64,000 nucleotides of DNA from an uncultured Verrucomicrobiae bacterium (GTDB lineage Bacteria > Verrucomicrobiota > Verrucomicrobiia > Chthoniobacterales > JAFAMB01), in the NCBI GenBank assembly GCA_963837955.1, contig CAWIPH010000002.1, positions 2,368,001-2,432,000 of the forward strand. Reading direction: 5' to 3'. Numbering within the stretch: position 1 is the first letter of the stretch; the number at the start of each line of letters is the position of its first letter. The notes beneath the pieces are model-generated. The model had not been told where the DNA came from, ran no database searches, and saw nothing but the letters and a program-made list of their open reading frames with translations. The translations under genes and the position numbers were made by a program. Shown here piece by piece: positions 41,014 to 50,681 of this stretch.

Positions 41014-41270
41014 AATCGAGAAACTGAGGGCGACAGGACACGGGATACGGCGTTGTCCCGCGATTTCGGGGCGAACCACACAAGCCCAATGAACCGCGAA
41101 TGGACACGAACGAAGACCAATGGCGACCGCGGAAAGTGATTCTGCCAGCCGATTGGGTCACACCCCTCTAATTGCAGCAGGGCATGGAATTCGATTGGAT
41201 CTCGCGGTAGCCATGCAGAACAAACGGGACGCCACGAGCCTCGCATAGATGTGCCCAAGGGATAAAGCAC

Positions 41271-41497
41271 TCTATCCCGGAGGGATGCAACGAAAGTAGC
41301 CCAGCAATTTATTGCTGGGTAAGGTTAAAAAACGTGTCCGTCCCGTAAGGGACGATCGACCTCCGCTTGGCTCGCAAACTCAGATTAGAGGCCAATAACC
41401 GAGCGTTTCGATCGTCCCGGTCGGGACGGGCCGTCCTTGCTTCAAATTCCCAGCAATAAATTGCTGGGCTACTTTCATTGCATCCCTCCGGGATAGA
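41271..41497. repeat. REPIN-like inverted-repeat element, family A
   Basis: ~58-bp arms TCTATCCCGGAGGGATGCAACGAAAGTAGCCCAGCAATTTATTGCTGGG and its near-perfect reverse complement; inner CGTCCC..GGGACG hairpins. Confidence 0.88.
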
Positions 41498-41583
41498 ATG
41501 CTTCGTCTTTCCGTCATGTCTTGGCGCTGGTTCCCATTATCTCCAATACAGGTCGCATTTTTGCGTGTCACCGAAATCAAAAT

Positions 41584-41748
41584 CGAGGACAGCCTGCCCG
41601 CCATAGTCCCGGCTTCCGGATTTCGAGATAAGAGGGTACCGATTCCCCTGGGACGACGGCGTGACGACGAGGACAGCCTGCCCGCCATAGTCCCGACTGC
41701 TGGTTTCGAGATGAGAGGGTACCAGTTCCCGCGGGACGACGGCGGGAG
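41584..41748 (+). repeat. Two ~84-bp family C-like units
   Basis: CGAGGACAGCCTGCCCGCCATAGTCCCG-N~38-GGGACGACGGCG twice. Confidence 0.8.
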
Positions 41749-41807
41749 GACGAAACATCTGCCCCAACTCTCGGTTGAAATGCGGACTGCAGTGACGAGG
41801 ATACGGA

Positions 41808-42188
41808 ATGCTGCCGACCGAGTTGATCGAATATGAGAACGCTTCCCCGGAAGTCCGGAATGTCTACGACGACATCATGGCAACGCGCAAAGTAGACAAG
41901 GTTAACAATTTCTGGAAAGCCTTGGCAAACGATCCGGCTACTTTGCGCCGGACTTGGGAGAGCCTAAAACAAGTGATGGCGCCCGGTGCGCTTGACCCTT
42001 TGACCAAGGAGCTGATTTACGTCGCTGTGAGCGTCACTAACAATTGCACCTATTGTATCCACTCGCATACGAAGGCAGCTCGAAAAGCCGGAATGACGAA
42101 CGAAGCATTCGGCGAGCTGCTCGCCGTGATCGGTATGGCCAACGAGACGAATCGTCTGGTTAACGGCTATCAAGTACCGTTGGACTGA
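41808..42188 (+). CDS. Carboxymuconolactone decarboxylase/AhpD-family protein
   Basis: LDPLTKELIYVAVSVTNNCTYCIHSH (CxxC-x-x-x-H). Confidence 0.88.
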   Translation: MLPTELIEYENASPEVRNVYDDIMATRKVDKVNNFWKALANDPATLRRTWESLKQVMAPGALDPLTKELIYVAVSVTNNCTYCIHSHTKAARKAGMTNEAFGELLAVIGMANETNRLVNGYQVPLD

Positions 42189-42233
42189 CGCTTCGCGATG
42201 ACCAATAGCCAATAGCCGATAGCCAATAGACGA

Positions 42234-43202
42234 TTGAGCCGAAACAGAGTGTTTACCATCGATGAACTTGAGCGGGCAGCGGAAATCGTCCATTCGATTT
42301 TGCCGGCGACGCCGCAGATCCGCTGGCCCTTGTTGTGTCAACGCGTCGAGGCCGAAGTGTGGGTGAAGCAAGAGAATCACACGCCGATTGGTGCATTCAA
42401 AATCAGGGGTGCATTGTTCTACATCTCGGAGCTGCGGCGGAAGAATCCTGAGGTGAAAGGCGTGATTGCCGCGACCCGCGGTAACTTTGGGCAAAGCGTG
42501 GCCTTCGCCGGAGCCAATAGCGGTCTCAAAACCGTGATTGTTGTTCCGCATGGCAATAGCAAGGAGAAGAATTCTGCGATGCGTGCTTTGGGCGCTGAAG
42601 TGATCGAATTCGGCAACGATTTCCAAGATGCCTGGGAGCATGCCGCACACTTGGCGCAAGAATCGCAGCTCCATTTTGTCGATTCCTTTAGTCTTGAGCT
42701 TGTGCAAGGTGTCGCGAGCTACGCCCTGGAGTTGTTTCGGAGTGTTCCGAACCTTGATTATGCCTATGTCCCGATTGGCATGGGCAGCGGTATTTGCGGA
42801 ACCATCGCGGCTAGGAATGCACTGGGATTGAAAACTAGAATAGTCGGCGTCGTTTCTAGCGGTGCTCCAGCCTACGCTCTTTCGTTTCAGGCAGGCAAAC
42901 CCGTCTCCACGTCAGCCGTGAACACGCTGGCCGACGGCATGGCTTGTCGAGTTCCGAATCCTATTGCTGTCGACATCATTAATCAGAACGTCGACCGCGT
43001 CGTCATGGTTTCGGACAGCGAAATTATGGAGGCCATGAAACTCTACTTCAGCGCAACCCACAATGTAGCGGAGGGTGCCGCCGCAGCGCCTCTGGCGGCA
43101 CTGCTGCAAGAGCAGAAGATTATCCGCAATAAACGTGTCGCTTTGATCCACTCCGGGAGCAATATCGACAGTGACCTATTTGCCTCGGTGTTGGCCAGTT
43201 GA
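42234..43202 (+). CDS. PLP-dependent threonine/serine dehydratase-like enzyme
   Basis: KQENHTPIGAFKIRG, ATRGNFGQS, VPIGMGSG, TLADGMA. Confidence 0.88.
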   Translation: MSRNRVFTIDELERAAEIVHSILPATPQIRWPLLCQRVEAEVWVKQENHTPIGAFKIRGALFYISELRRKNPEVKGVIAATRGNFGQSVAFAGANSGLKTVIVVPHGNSKEKNSAMRALGAEVIEFGNDFQDAWEHAAHLAQESQLHFVDSFSLELVQGVASYALELFRSVPNLDYAYVPIGMGSGICGTIAARNALGLKTRIVGVVSSGAPAYALSFQAGKPVSTSAVNTLADGMACRVPNPIAVDIINQNVDRVVMVSDSEIMEAMKLYFSATHNVAEGAAAAPLAALLQEQKIIRNKRVALIHSGSNIDSDLFASVLAS

Positions 43203-43260
43203 AGCCCGACCTGTCTCGGCGGGGAAAGGTCGAAGCTCTGCGCTGAAATGCAGGACTAGT

Positions 43261-44130
43261 TCACTGGGCTTCCGGGACTGGTCCTCCCCTCCGGGGGCCT
43301 GTCCTTTCGGCGCGCTGGGTCGAGGAAAAATGAAACCGCAAATTCTTGCTCGTCCAAAGGACCACCGAATACTCGATGGGACGATTCTTGCGATCGAAGA
43401 TCAGGCTGGTCAGCCGGACCAATGTATCGGAGGTGGCGGTCTGCAATTGTTGCGCTTCGTAAGAAGTTGCTGGCACGATTTCGAGAACGTTCCTGGCATG
43501 ATCTGGGCTCAGGCCGTAACGCTTGGCGATCGTTGACCAAAGAGATCCCTCTTCAAGATCCAGCATCTCCAGACCTGGCACGAGCCTTTGCGGTAGCCAG
43601 GATCTATTCATGGCTATGGGTTGGTTATCGATACTGATGATTCGTCGGACAGATAAAGCCCGAGCACTAGGGCCGAGCTTCAAGGCGTTAGCCACGACCG
43701 CCGATGGAACCTCGACTGAACTCTCGTGGAGAGCTGACCGCGTCCGGTAACCGGCCAATTGCAATTGCCGCGTCATACTTAACATCAGGCCAAGATCGCA
43801 GCTCACGGTGTTTGGTGTGGCGGTGACGACAGTGCCACCCCCAGGTCGCCGGCGGACGAGACCGGCGTCGGCCAGTCTCCGGAGCGCTTGCCGTAATGTC
43901 ATACGACTGACGTCATACATTTCGGCCAACACTGTTTCGGGAGGTAGTCGAACATCCTTCCCGGCCAGCTCCGAATGGATTAAACGGCGAAGGTCTTCCT
44001 CGATCTGAACGTTTGCCGGCAACGAAGAGGAGTGGTCGACCGGCAGCACATGCAGCCCTGCGATGTTGTTAGGGTGGCCAGCAGTAGCCTTGAAGCGACC
44101 GGTCTCGCCTCGCAGTCGACGCTTCTTCAC
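43261..44130 (-). CDS. GntR-family regulator, HutC/UTRA subfamily (start uncertain, 44049-44130)
   Basis: RLPPETVLAEMYDVSRMTLRQALRRL...GGGTVV wHTH, UTRA-like C-terminus (SLWSTI, RPIEYS). Confidence 0.88.
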   Translation of the reverse strand: MKKRRLRGETGRFKATAGHPNNIAGLHVLPVDHSSSLPANVQIEEDLRRLIHSELAGKDVRLPPETVLAEMYDVSRMTLRQALRRLADAGLVRRRPGGGTVVTATPNTVSCDLGLMLSMTRQLQLAGYRTRSALHESSVEVPSAVVANALKLGPSARALSVRRIISIDNQPIAMNRSWLPQRLVPGLEMLDLEEGSLWSTIAKRYGLSPDHARNVLEIVPATSYEAQQLQTATSDTLVRLTSLIFDRKNRPIEYSVVLWTSKNLRFHFSSTQRAERTGPRRGGPVPEAQ

Positions 44131-44153
44131 CGATGTGTTTCGTGGTCGAAGGT

Positions 44154-44735
44154 TCAAGTGAATGCTCCAGCCCGACGTAAACTCTTTGCGATAGCATTGG
44201 CTAGTAGCCCGCCAATGATGCCGTCTCCCGCCATTAACGCGCACACCAAAAGAACTTGGAGCGGCCCAGAGAGTCGAACAAATCCGAACACGTACATAAG
44301 TGATATGGCACAGCCAACTCCGCCGAGAGCGCATGACACGAATGGGGAAAGAGGATGTCGTCGATAAGCGAATATCGCGAACCCGAGTTCCAGTCCGATC
44401 CCTTGCAGGACACCAAAGATCAGTACGATCGAACCATCCAAACTACCGGCTAATACTTCGACCAGGCTCATCAAGCACGATGTCGCCAGGGCCACACCCG
44501 GTTTTGGGATGATGATTCCAGCCAGCGTCGCCCAAAATATGAAAAACGGGTTATCGAGGGCCGCTCCGAATGGACCTAGGACACCTTCAATAAGTTTTGC
44601 CCACGGACCGATCAAGAACGCACCGACGATGCCACCGATGGCAGAAATCGCGGCGATAGTCAGAATATCTTTGGTGGAATAACTTGGCCTTCGAACAGTG
44701 GCAGGGTTTCGATTCTTATTTTCTAACTCAGACAT
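44154..44735 (-). CDS. ECF transporter S component (YkoE-like)
   Basis: YSTKDILTIAAIS, IIPKPGVAL, GVLQGIGLELGFAIFAYRR; ~6 TM. Confidence 0.85.
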   Translation of the reverse strand: MSELENKNRNPATVRRPSYSTKDILTIAAISAIGGIVGAFLIGPWAKLIEGVLGPFGAALDNPFFIFWATLAGIIIPKPGVALATSCLMSLVEVLAGSLDGSIVLIFGVLQGIGLELGFAIFAYRRHPLSPFVSCALGGVGCAISLMYVFGFVRLSGPLQVLLVCALMAGDGIIGGLLANAIAKSLRRAGAFT

Positions 44736-44795
44736 GACGACTGGTTGTTTCGAACTTTCTCTTCGGCGCGGTGAAATTTCCTCATCTTTGGCTAA

Positions 44796-45617
44796 TCAAT
44801 GGCCGCCCACGGGAGGTCTGATTAGAAAGGGTCCCGTGCTATCGACGATTTTCCACGTAACTAAGCTCAGCAGCAGCAATAGTTGGGATCCAGCGATCAT
44901 CCACCCGGCCGGGTGACGGTGCAGTTCGTCTAACTCGGTCCGCGTTGCGTGTGCTCCGAATCCGCGTGCATCCATTGCCACGGCCATGGTTTGAACGCGA
45001 CGAAGGGCTCCGGCCAGTAGTGGAATTGCTAACCTCCTGGCAAGCTCAAACCGGGAAATCAGGCCGCGGCTTCCAGAGGTATCCGCACGAATCGCGTGCG
45101 CATGGTAGATGATGCGGGCCTCATGCTGGAGCAAGGGCAGAAAACGAAGCGCAGCATAGATGGCAAACCCGGCGCGATAAGGAAGATGACCATACTTCAC
45201 AAATTCAGCGACCATCCGCCGAGGATCAGTGGTCAGAACGAAGATAGCCGAAGCGGTTCCCAGTGTAAAAATGCGCAGGGCCAACGTCGCGGAATAGGAG
45301 AGGTTGGAAGGCCCTATCTTAACGAAACCAATGTGGATGAAATAGGAATCCTCCGCCTGCTGAGAGAATAGGGTAAGGAAGATGAACAACCAGGCCGAGA
45401 CGAGCGCGACGTGAATCGTTCGCCGGAAGAGCGTCCACAGCGGAAGCCGACCGATCAATATCCCGGTGGCGATCACGGAAAAATAGACAATGATCGCTTG
45501 CAGAGGACTGCTAACCAATACGGCAGCGATCGTGACCAGGAGCAACCAAACAAATTTACTCACGGCGTCTGCTCGATGGAGTATCGAACTTCCTGGTTCG
45601 TAGACAAAAGGGCTCAT
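44796..45617 (-). CDS. ECF transporter T component
   Basis: SILHRADAVSK, ALRFLPLL, AHAIRA, AMDARGFG. Confidence 0.9.
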   Translation of the reverse strand: MSPFVYEPGSSILHRADAVSKFVWLLLVTIAAVLVSSPLQAIIVYFSVIATGILIGRLPLWTLFRRTIHVALVSAWLFIFLTLFSQQAEDSYFIHIGFVKIGPSNLSYSATLALRIFTLGTASAIFVLTTDPRRMVAEFVKYGHLPYRAGFAIYAALRFLPLLQHEARIIYHAHAIRADTSGSRGLISRFELARRLAIPLLAGALRRVQTMAVAMDARGFGAHATRTELDELHRHPAGWMIAGSQLLLLLSLVTWKIVDSTGPFLIRPPVGGH

Positions 45618-47359
45618 CTTTGACAGGGGAGTGCGCCCGTCTTGTTCAGGCAAGCGCGAGCCAGGCGTTCCGGATCAGGACAAAAATTCAGGTCAGAGAT
45701 GCGAGTGGCCAGAGCACGCCAAAGCTCGTATTCCTCCAGTGGTTCCAAATGCCAACGCGGTTTAGCGTGCAAAGCTTCAAGTAACGCGAGAGTTGCACCG
45801 TCAAAGACAATACTCCCGCCGGATAAAACGATGGCGCGATCTGCCAGCTCGGCCATCAGGCAGAGATCGTGAGTAACTAATAGGACGCCGATTCCTTCTG
45901 CGCTTAGTTCCCGGATGATCGCTGCTAATTGGTCTGTATGCGCTTGATCTTGCCCAAAGGTTGGTTCATCCAGAACGAGAATCTTAGGACGATAGACGGC
46001 CATCGCCGCAATCGACAGACGACGTTTCTGGCCCTGCGACAATTTGAACGGGTGACGATCCGCAAATCGCAAAAGATCAAAGCGTTCAAGCTGTTCTTTC
46101 GCTTTATCCGTAACATCTCTGGTGTTCGGCTCTATCCGGCGAATGCTAATGGCGACTTCTTCCAGTACGCTGTCGGTGATGAATTGGTGCTCAGGGTATT
46201 GGAAAACATAGCCGACATACGTTGAAAGCTGGCGAACGGAAAGCGTGGCGGTATCTTTTCCGTCGACGCGAATGCGACCTCTCTTTGGGCGGTTCAGTCC
46301 GACGAGAAGGGAAGCGAGTGTGGATTTCCCGGATCCATTCGCTCCGAGAACGGCAACAATCTCTCCTCTTTTTAGCTCGAACGAAATGTCGCTGAGGACT
46401 TCGATTTGTTCGTTATAACTGAACGCTACTCTTTCGATCGTGAGCACCGGTGCGGATCCGTTAATGGATCGAACACCAACCTGTGGTGCCGAGTCAGCAA
46501 GACTCGGTCCGGCAATGCGATCAAAATCGATCTCTGACAGAGTCAACGGAACCGGAAGATCGGATCTAGCTAGCGCGTCCCAAAAGGAGACTGCCGCCGG
46601 CAGCCTGATGCCATTCTCTTTGATTTCGCGAACCGAACTGGAGAGAACGCTGCGCGGAGCCCCGCTATGCAAAACTGTTCCTTCCTTCATTATCACCAGT
46701 CGTTCCGACGCGGCTAGCAACTCTCCTGGATGATGCTCCACAATAAGGCTCGTCATTCCGGCATGGCTGAGAATCTCCCTCATCACTCGGAGAACCTCAG
46801 AACGTCCGGCGGGATCCAGGTTTGCCGTAGGCTCATCCATAACCAGCACCGAGGGGTGCATAACGAGGGCTGCCGCAATTGCTACGCGCTGTTTCTGCCC
46901 TCCAGAGAGATCGAACACCCAGTCATGGAGCCGGTCTGCCAGGCCGACAAATTCAACGGTCTCACCAAGGCGACGGATTATCTCGTCTCGATTTATCAGA
47001 AGATTTTGCGGCCCAAACGCGATCTCATCCCGCGTGGTGATAGTGCATAATTGGGAGTCAGGATCCTGGAAGACTAATCCGACGAGACTAGCGATGGCTG
47101 AGAGCGACAACTGCAAAGGATCGTGCTCACCGATTCGGACTTTTCCGGAAGAGGGACCACCTGTGATTCTTGGAACAATTCCGTTTAGGGTAAGACCAAG
47201 CGTACTCTTGCCGGAGCCGGACGACCCCATGACCAGGACGCGCTCACCCGGTTCGATGGCCAGAGAGACGTTGGCCAGGGCCGGCGAATTCGCATCGGGA
47301 TAGGTGAACGAGAACTGATCCCAAAGCAGAGGGAGAGCGGCTGTTTGGCTGTGGCTCAT
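45614..47359 (-). CDS. ECF transporter fused double ATPase (YkoD-like)
   Basis: Two ABC domains: GSSGSGKST/VFQDPDSQ/LSGGQKQR and GANGSGKST/VFQYPEHQF/LSQGQKRR/DEPTFGQD. Confidence 0.92.
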   Translation of the reverse strand: MSHSQTAALPLLWDQFSFTYPDANSPALANVSLAIEPGERVLVMGSSGSGKSTLGLTLNGIVPRITGGPSSGKVRIGEHDPLQLSLSAIASLVGLVFQDPDSQLCTITTRDEIAFGPQNLLINRDEIIRRLGETVEFVGLADRLHDWVFDLSGGQKQRVAIAAALVMHPSVLVMDEPTANLDPAGRSEVLRVMREILSHAGMTSLIVEHHPGELLAASERLVIMKEGTVLHSGAPRSVLSSSVREIKENGIRLPAAVSFWDALARSDLPVPLTLSEIDFDRIAGPSLADSAPQVGVRSINGSAPVLTIERVAFSYNEQIEVLSDISFELKRGEIVAVLGANGSGKSTLASLLVGLNRPKRGRIRVDGKDTATLSVRQLSTYVGYVFQYPEHQFITDSVLEEVAISIRRIEPNTRDVTDKAKEQLERFDLLRFADRHPFKLSQGQKRRLSIAAMAVYRPKILVLDEPTFGQDQAHTDQLAAIIRELSAEGIGVLLVTHDLCLMAELADRAIVLSGGSIVFDGATLALLEALHAKPRWHLEPLEEYELWRALATRISDLNFCPDPERLARACLNKTGALPCQR

Positions 47360-47420
47360 TCGCTGACTAGGTCCTAGCATTCGCGGTCATTAAAGAGAAA
47401 TGTTTTGCACGCGGAAAAGC

Positions 47421-47450
47421 GATAGTCTAATAGACTAGACTATTAGTCAA
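47421..47450. promoter_or_regulatory. Putative GntR operator in the divergent promoter
   Basis: Perfect palindrome TAGTCTA-A-TAGACTA (47423-47437) overlapped by further TAGACTA/TAGTC half-sites. Confidence 0.6.
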
Positions 47451-47454
47451 TCGC

Positions 47455-49299
47455 ATGTCCGAACAGACTTTTAGCCAACCCCCAACCATCCTTGTCGCCG
47501 GATCAGCCGCTCTGCTCGATCTGATCCTGCATGTCGACCGGTTTCCGGGTCCTTCCGAAGTGGCGAACCTCCTGGCCAACGCCGATGGGCGCTGGTTGCC
47601 AGGTGGCTGCGCGATGACGATCGCGCTTGCCGCTACCCAGCAAGGTGTGAAGGTCCGCCTCTGGCATCCGTTGCCCCAGGATTCGATTTACCCGCTCTCG
47701 CGGCTCCGGCGAGCGGGCATTGATCTGACAGCTTGTCCCCGCTTTTCGGGCCCAGTGGGACGATGTGTGCTGGTTTACGCCGGCCAACAGCGGGCTTCAT
47801 GGACCACCGTTCCGCAAGGTGACGATTTCGACTTCGATCCGTACATTCTTAGCGGCGTTTCTCATGTGGTGGTGACGGCTAAATGGGGCCGGTGGGCGGA
47901 CCGGCTCATTGAGCTAGCTCGAGCTAACAGTATCTCCTGCTCGTTAATTGGTGAAGCACCGCCAGCCGGCCTTCGTTTTCCCTGGCATACAGTTGTGGTT
48001 GATGAACACCAGTCCCATCGGGTCGGCGAAGAGGACTGCCGCATCAGAATAGTTACCCGAGGAAGAGAGGGAGCAACGATCACTTGGTCTGATCGAACGA
48101 TTTATGTGCCGGCAGTGAAGACCGATGTGGTCGAAACAACGGGCGCAGGTGACGTGTTCGGCGGGACTTTCATGGGCCGGCTGCTGCAGGATCCGAACGA
48201 TGTTCCGAGAGCTGCCGCTGACGCTTCCGTGATGGCTGCTCGAGCCTGTTCCGTCTGGGGCGCCCAAGGATTGTTCGATCACACTCCTGAATCCCAAAAG
48301 GATATCGATAGCCGCATTCGTGGAGCGCTCTGGGGTCTCGCTTGCGGCGACGCTTTCGGGATGCCCAACTCATTCATGCGTCATCCTCGATGGCTAACGG
48401 AAATGGAGCCCGGTCCTTTGGAAAATCCCTACCATGCCGGGTACTCGAGGGGCCGAATTACTGATGATACTGAGCAAGCGCTGGCCTTGACGTCCGCATA
48501 TGAGGACGCGGATGGACCCTCACCCCAAGCTTATGCGCGCCGGCTATTTGCCTGGTTCGAACAGGTTGGTGGCGCGGATTCGCTCGCGGTCGGTCCGAGT
48601 ACCATGCAAGCAATGTTGGCCTATGGCCGCGGCGTGCCGGTAGAGGAAACCGGTCTACAGGGAGTGACCAACGGGGCGGCGATGCGCATCGCTCCGATAG
48701 GAATCATCTGTGGTCTGCGTGGCTGTTCCTTACCGGAATTGCTCTCGGAAGTGTTGTCCGCCTGTATTCCCACCCATAACACGGCGCCGGCAATATCCGG
48801 AGCCATGGCCGTAGCCGCAGCAGTAAGTGCAGCAATCCAAGGGTTGAGCTGGAGTGAAATCATGCAGCAGGCAATTGAGGGGTCTGTGCTCGGATCCGAG
48901 GAGGGAAGGTGGCACTACGCGCCAGATCTTGGCCAAAAGATTAAGTTTTCAAGAGCATTGATTCAGACCGCCACTTCTCCAGAGCAGGCAGCAAAAATTG
49001 CAGGGGAGGTGATCGGTGCGGGAACACCCGTTGCGGAGTCGATCGCAGCTGCAATCGCAATTGCCGACTTTGCCGGCGGTGATCCGCGCGAGGCGATCGA
49101 AATCGCAGGGAATACCATGGGTGACTCGGATACCGTCGCGGCTATAGCCGGTGCCATTTGTGGCGCGTTTGCCGGAGAGGCAGCCTTGCCGTTGGATTGG
49201 CGTAATTCTGTCGCTCAGACCAACAATTTGGATATCGGGGGTTGGGCAAGTCGTCTGCGACGTCTTTCAGCGGAGAAATCCTTTCTGACGAAGAAATGA
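47455..49299 (+). CDS. PfkB-family kinase fused to ADP-ribosylglycohydrolase
   Basis: N-half: PGGCA, VTRGREGA, VETTGAGDVFGG; C-half: GDAFGMP, ITDDTEQAL, TNGAAMR, GDSDTVAAIAGA. Confidence 0.9.
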   Translation: MSEQTFSQPPTILVAGSAALLDLILHVDRFPGPSEVANLLANADGRWLPGGCAMTIALAATQQGVKVRLWHPLPQDSIYPLSRLRRAGIDLTACPRFSGPVGRCVLVYAGQQRASWTTVPQGDDFDFDPYILSGVSHVVVTAKWGRWADRLIELARANSISCSLIGEAPPAGLRFPWHTVVVDEHQSHRVGEEDCRIRIVTRGREGATITWSDRTIYVPAVKTDVVETTGAGDVFGGTFMGRLLQDPNDVPRAAADASVMAARACSVWGAQGLFDHTPESQKDIDSRIRGALWGLACGDAFGMPNSFMRHPRWLTEMEPGPLENPYHAGYSRGRITDDTEQALALTSAYEDADGPSPQAYARRLFAWFEQVGGADSLAVGPSTMQAMLAYGRGVPVEETGLQGVTNGAAMRIAPIGIICGLRGCSLPELLSEVLSACIPTHNTAPAISGAMAVAAAVSAAIQGLSWSEIMQQAIEGSVLGSEEGRWHYAPDLGQKIKFSRALIQTATSPEQAAKIAGEVIGAGTPVAESIAAAIAIADFAGGDPREAIEIAGNTMGDSDTVAAIAGAICGAFAGEAALPLDWRNSVAQTNNLDIGGWASRLRRLSAEKSFLTKK

Positions 49300-50246
49300 A
49301 AAAGATTCTGATCGATTGTGACCCCGGCATAGACGATGCCCTTGCGTTGATGGTAGCGGCTCATTCGCCAGAGCTGGAGCTGTCAGCGATCACTACTGTT
49401 TCCGGAAATCTACCTGCTGATCGGTGCAACGCGAACGCGAGAAAAATATTGGACCTGATCGACGTCCACCACGTTCCAGTCGGCTGCGGCGCGATGAAAC
49501 CCTTGGTGCGAACTTTTCCTCACGACCCATTCTCTCATGGTGCAGATGGACTCGGTGATTTGGGGCTGCCCGACCCGAGCTTTCCGAGTAGTCCGATCTT
49601 CGGTCCCGATCTGATTATACAGATGGCCAACGAGCATCCGGGTGAACTCACGGTCATCGCGACCGGCCCGTTGACGAATATTGCCTTAGCCCTGATCAAG
49701 GACCCGACCCTACCACAGCGAATTTCGCAGTTGATCGTCCTAGGCGGTGCTTATGGCTTTCACGCAGTGAGTTCGACGCGCGCGACCGGGGACAATCCAG
49801 TCAGCGAGTGGAACATTTACGTTGACCCGGACGCTGCCAAAACGGTATTCGCCGCGAACTTCAATCTGCTGGCGATCGGGCTTGACGTTGCGGCGCGCGA
49901 CGAACTCCAGCTGACGCAGCATCACTACGACCAGATTCGTTCACGGAAAACTCAAGCCGGCTGGTTTCTCCTAGGTATTCTAAGATTTTTAGAGGGACGG
50001 GGATTTCGCGCCTACTGTGCGTTGATCGACTCACTGGCGGTGGCTGCCGCCATTGACCCGTCGATATTTGCTACCGAACAAATTCGCGTCGCCGTTGAGA
50101 CAGTAAGTCCATTGACACTGGGTCAGACCGTCGTCGATCGCCGGGAACATTTCCGATGGGAACATTTGCCCACCATTACAGCAGCCGCGGATCTCGACGC
50201 CGGTCGCTTCATCGATCTGTTAGTCAACGCGATTTCCCGCACTTAA
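49296..50246 (+). CDS. Nucleoside hydrolase (IU-NH superfamily)
   Basis: IDCDPGIDDA, HGADGLGD, TGPLTNIA, SEWNIYVDPDAA; ATGA overlap with upstream fusion. Confidence 0.92.
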   Translation: MKKILIDCDPGIDDALALMVAAHSPELELSAITTVSGNLPADRCNANARKILDLIDVHHVPVGCGAMKPLVRTFPHDPFSHGADGLGDLGLPDPSFPSSPIFGPDLIIQMANEHPGELTVIATGPLTNIALALIKDPTLPQRISQLIVLGGAYGFHAVSSTRATGDNPVSEWNIYVDPDAAKTVFAANFNLLAIGLDVAARDELQLTQHHYDQIRSRKTQAGWFLLGILRFLEGRGFRAYCALIDSLAVAAAIDPSIFATEQIRVAVETVSPLTLGQTVVDRREHFRWEHLPTITAAADLDAGRFIDLLVNAISRT

Positions 50247-50649
50247 GCAATGAAAACGGACAGAGGGGACTCAGGGCTATCAAGTGATAAGGCGGTGTGC
50301 GACGTGCACTCCGGAGTGTGAAATTTTCGCCGATACAAGCAATTTGTTTCAATTATCTAACAAAAAGAACCGAAGTCGATCTAACATGCTATAGCGGGGA
50401 TATTACTTTCACAAAGCTCGACTTTAACACATCTGTTAAATTGTTAACAGCGAGTGGTGAATATTGGTCAGTAACTAAGAGCGCGAAAATAGCTTACGCG
50501 CCTGACGGTGTTTTGTTGTCTGATACTGTCATTAAGTAAATTATCAGTAACGGAATTTGGAAGCCGGGATCGGTCAGAATTCAACTGTTTGCATGAAATT
50601 TCGGTCAACGGATCGTTGCGGTAAGGTAACATCCTTGGCCTAACTGTTC

Positions 50650-50664
50650 TGGCATAGAAGTTGC
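50650..50664 (+). promoter_or_regulatory. Sigma54 -24/-12 promoter
   Basis: TGGCAT-AGAAG-TTGC matches TGGCAC-N5-TTGC, downstream of a long AT-rich intergenic region. Confidence 0.7.
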
Positions 50665-50681
50665 CTCAACAGAGAAGTCAA

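Noticed and set aside
43261..44334. 357-aa extended GntR ORF
   Set aside because: N-terminal extension overlaps the ECF S gene; real start is downstream of 44154
47455..49299. DraG-type nitrogenase regulator or anti-toxin ARH
   Set aside because: No nif/draT or ADP-ribosyltransferase toxin in the window; context is transport and salvage
50661..50681. ORF-track start of the TonB-dependent receptor
   Set aside because: The TTG overlaps the -12 box of the sigma54 promoter
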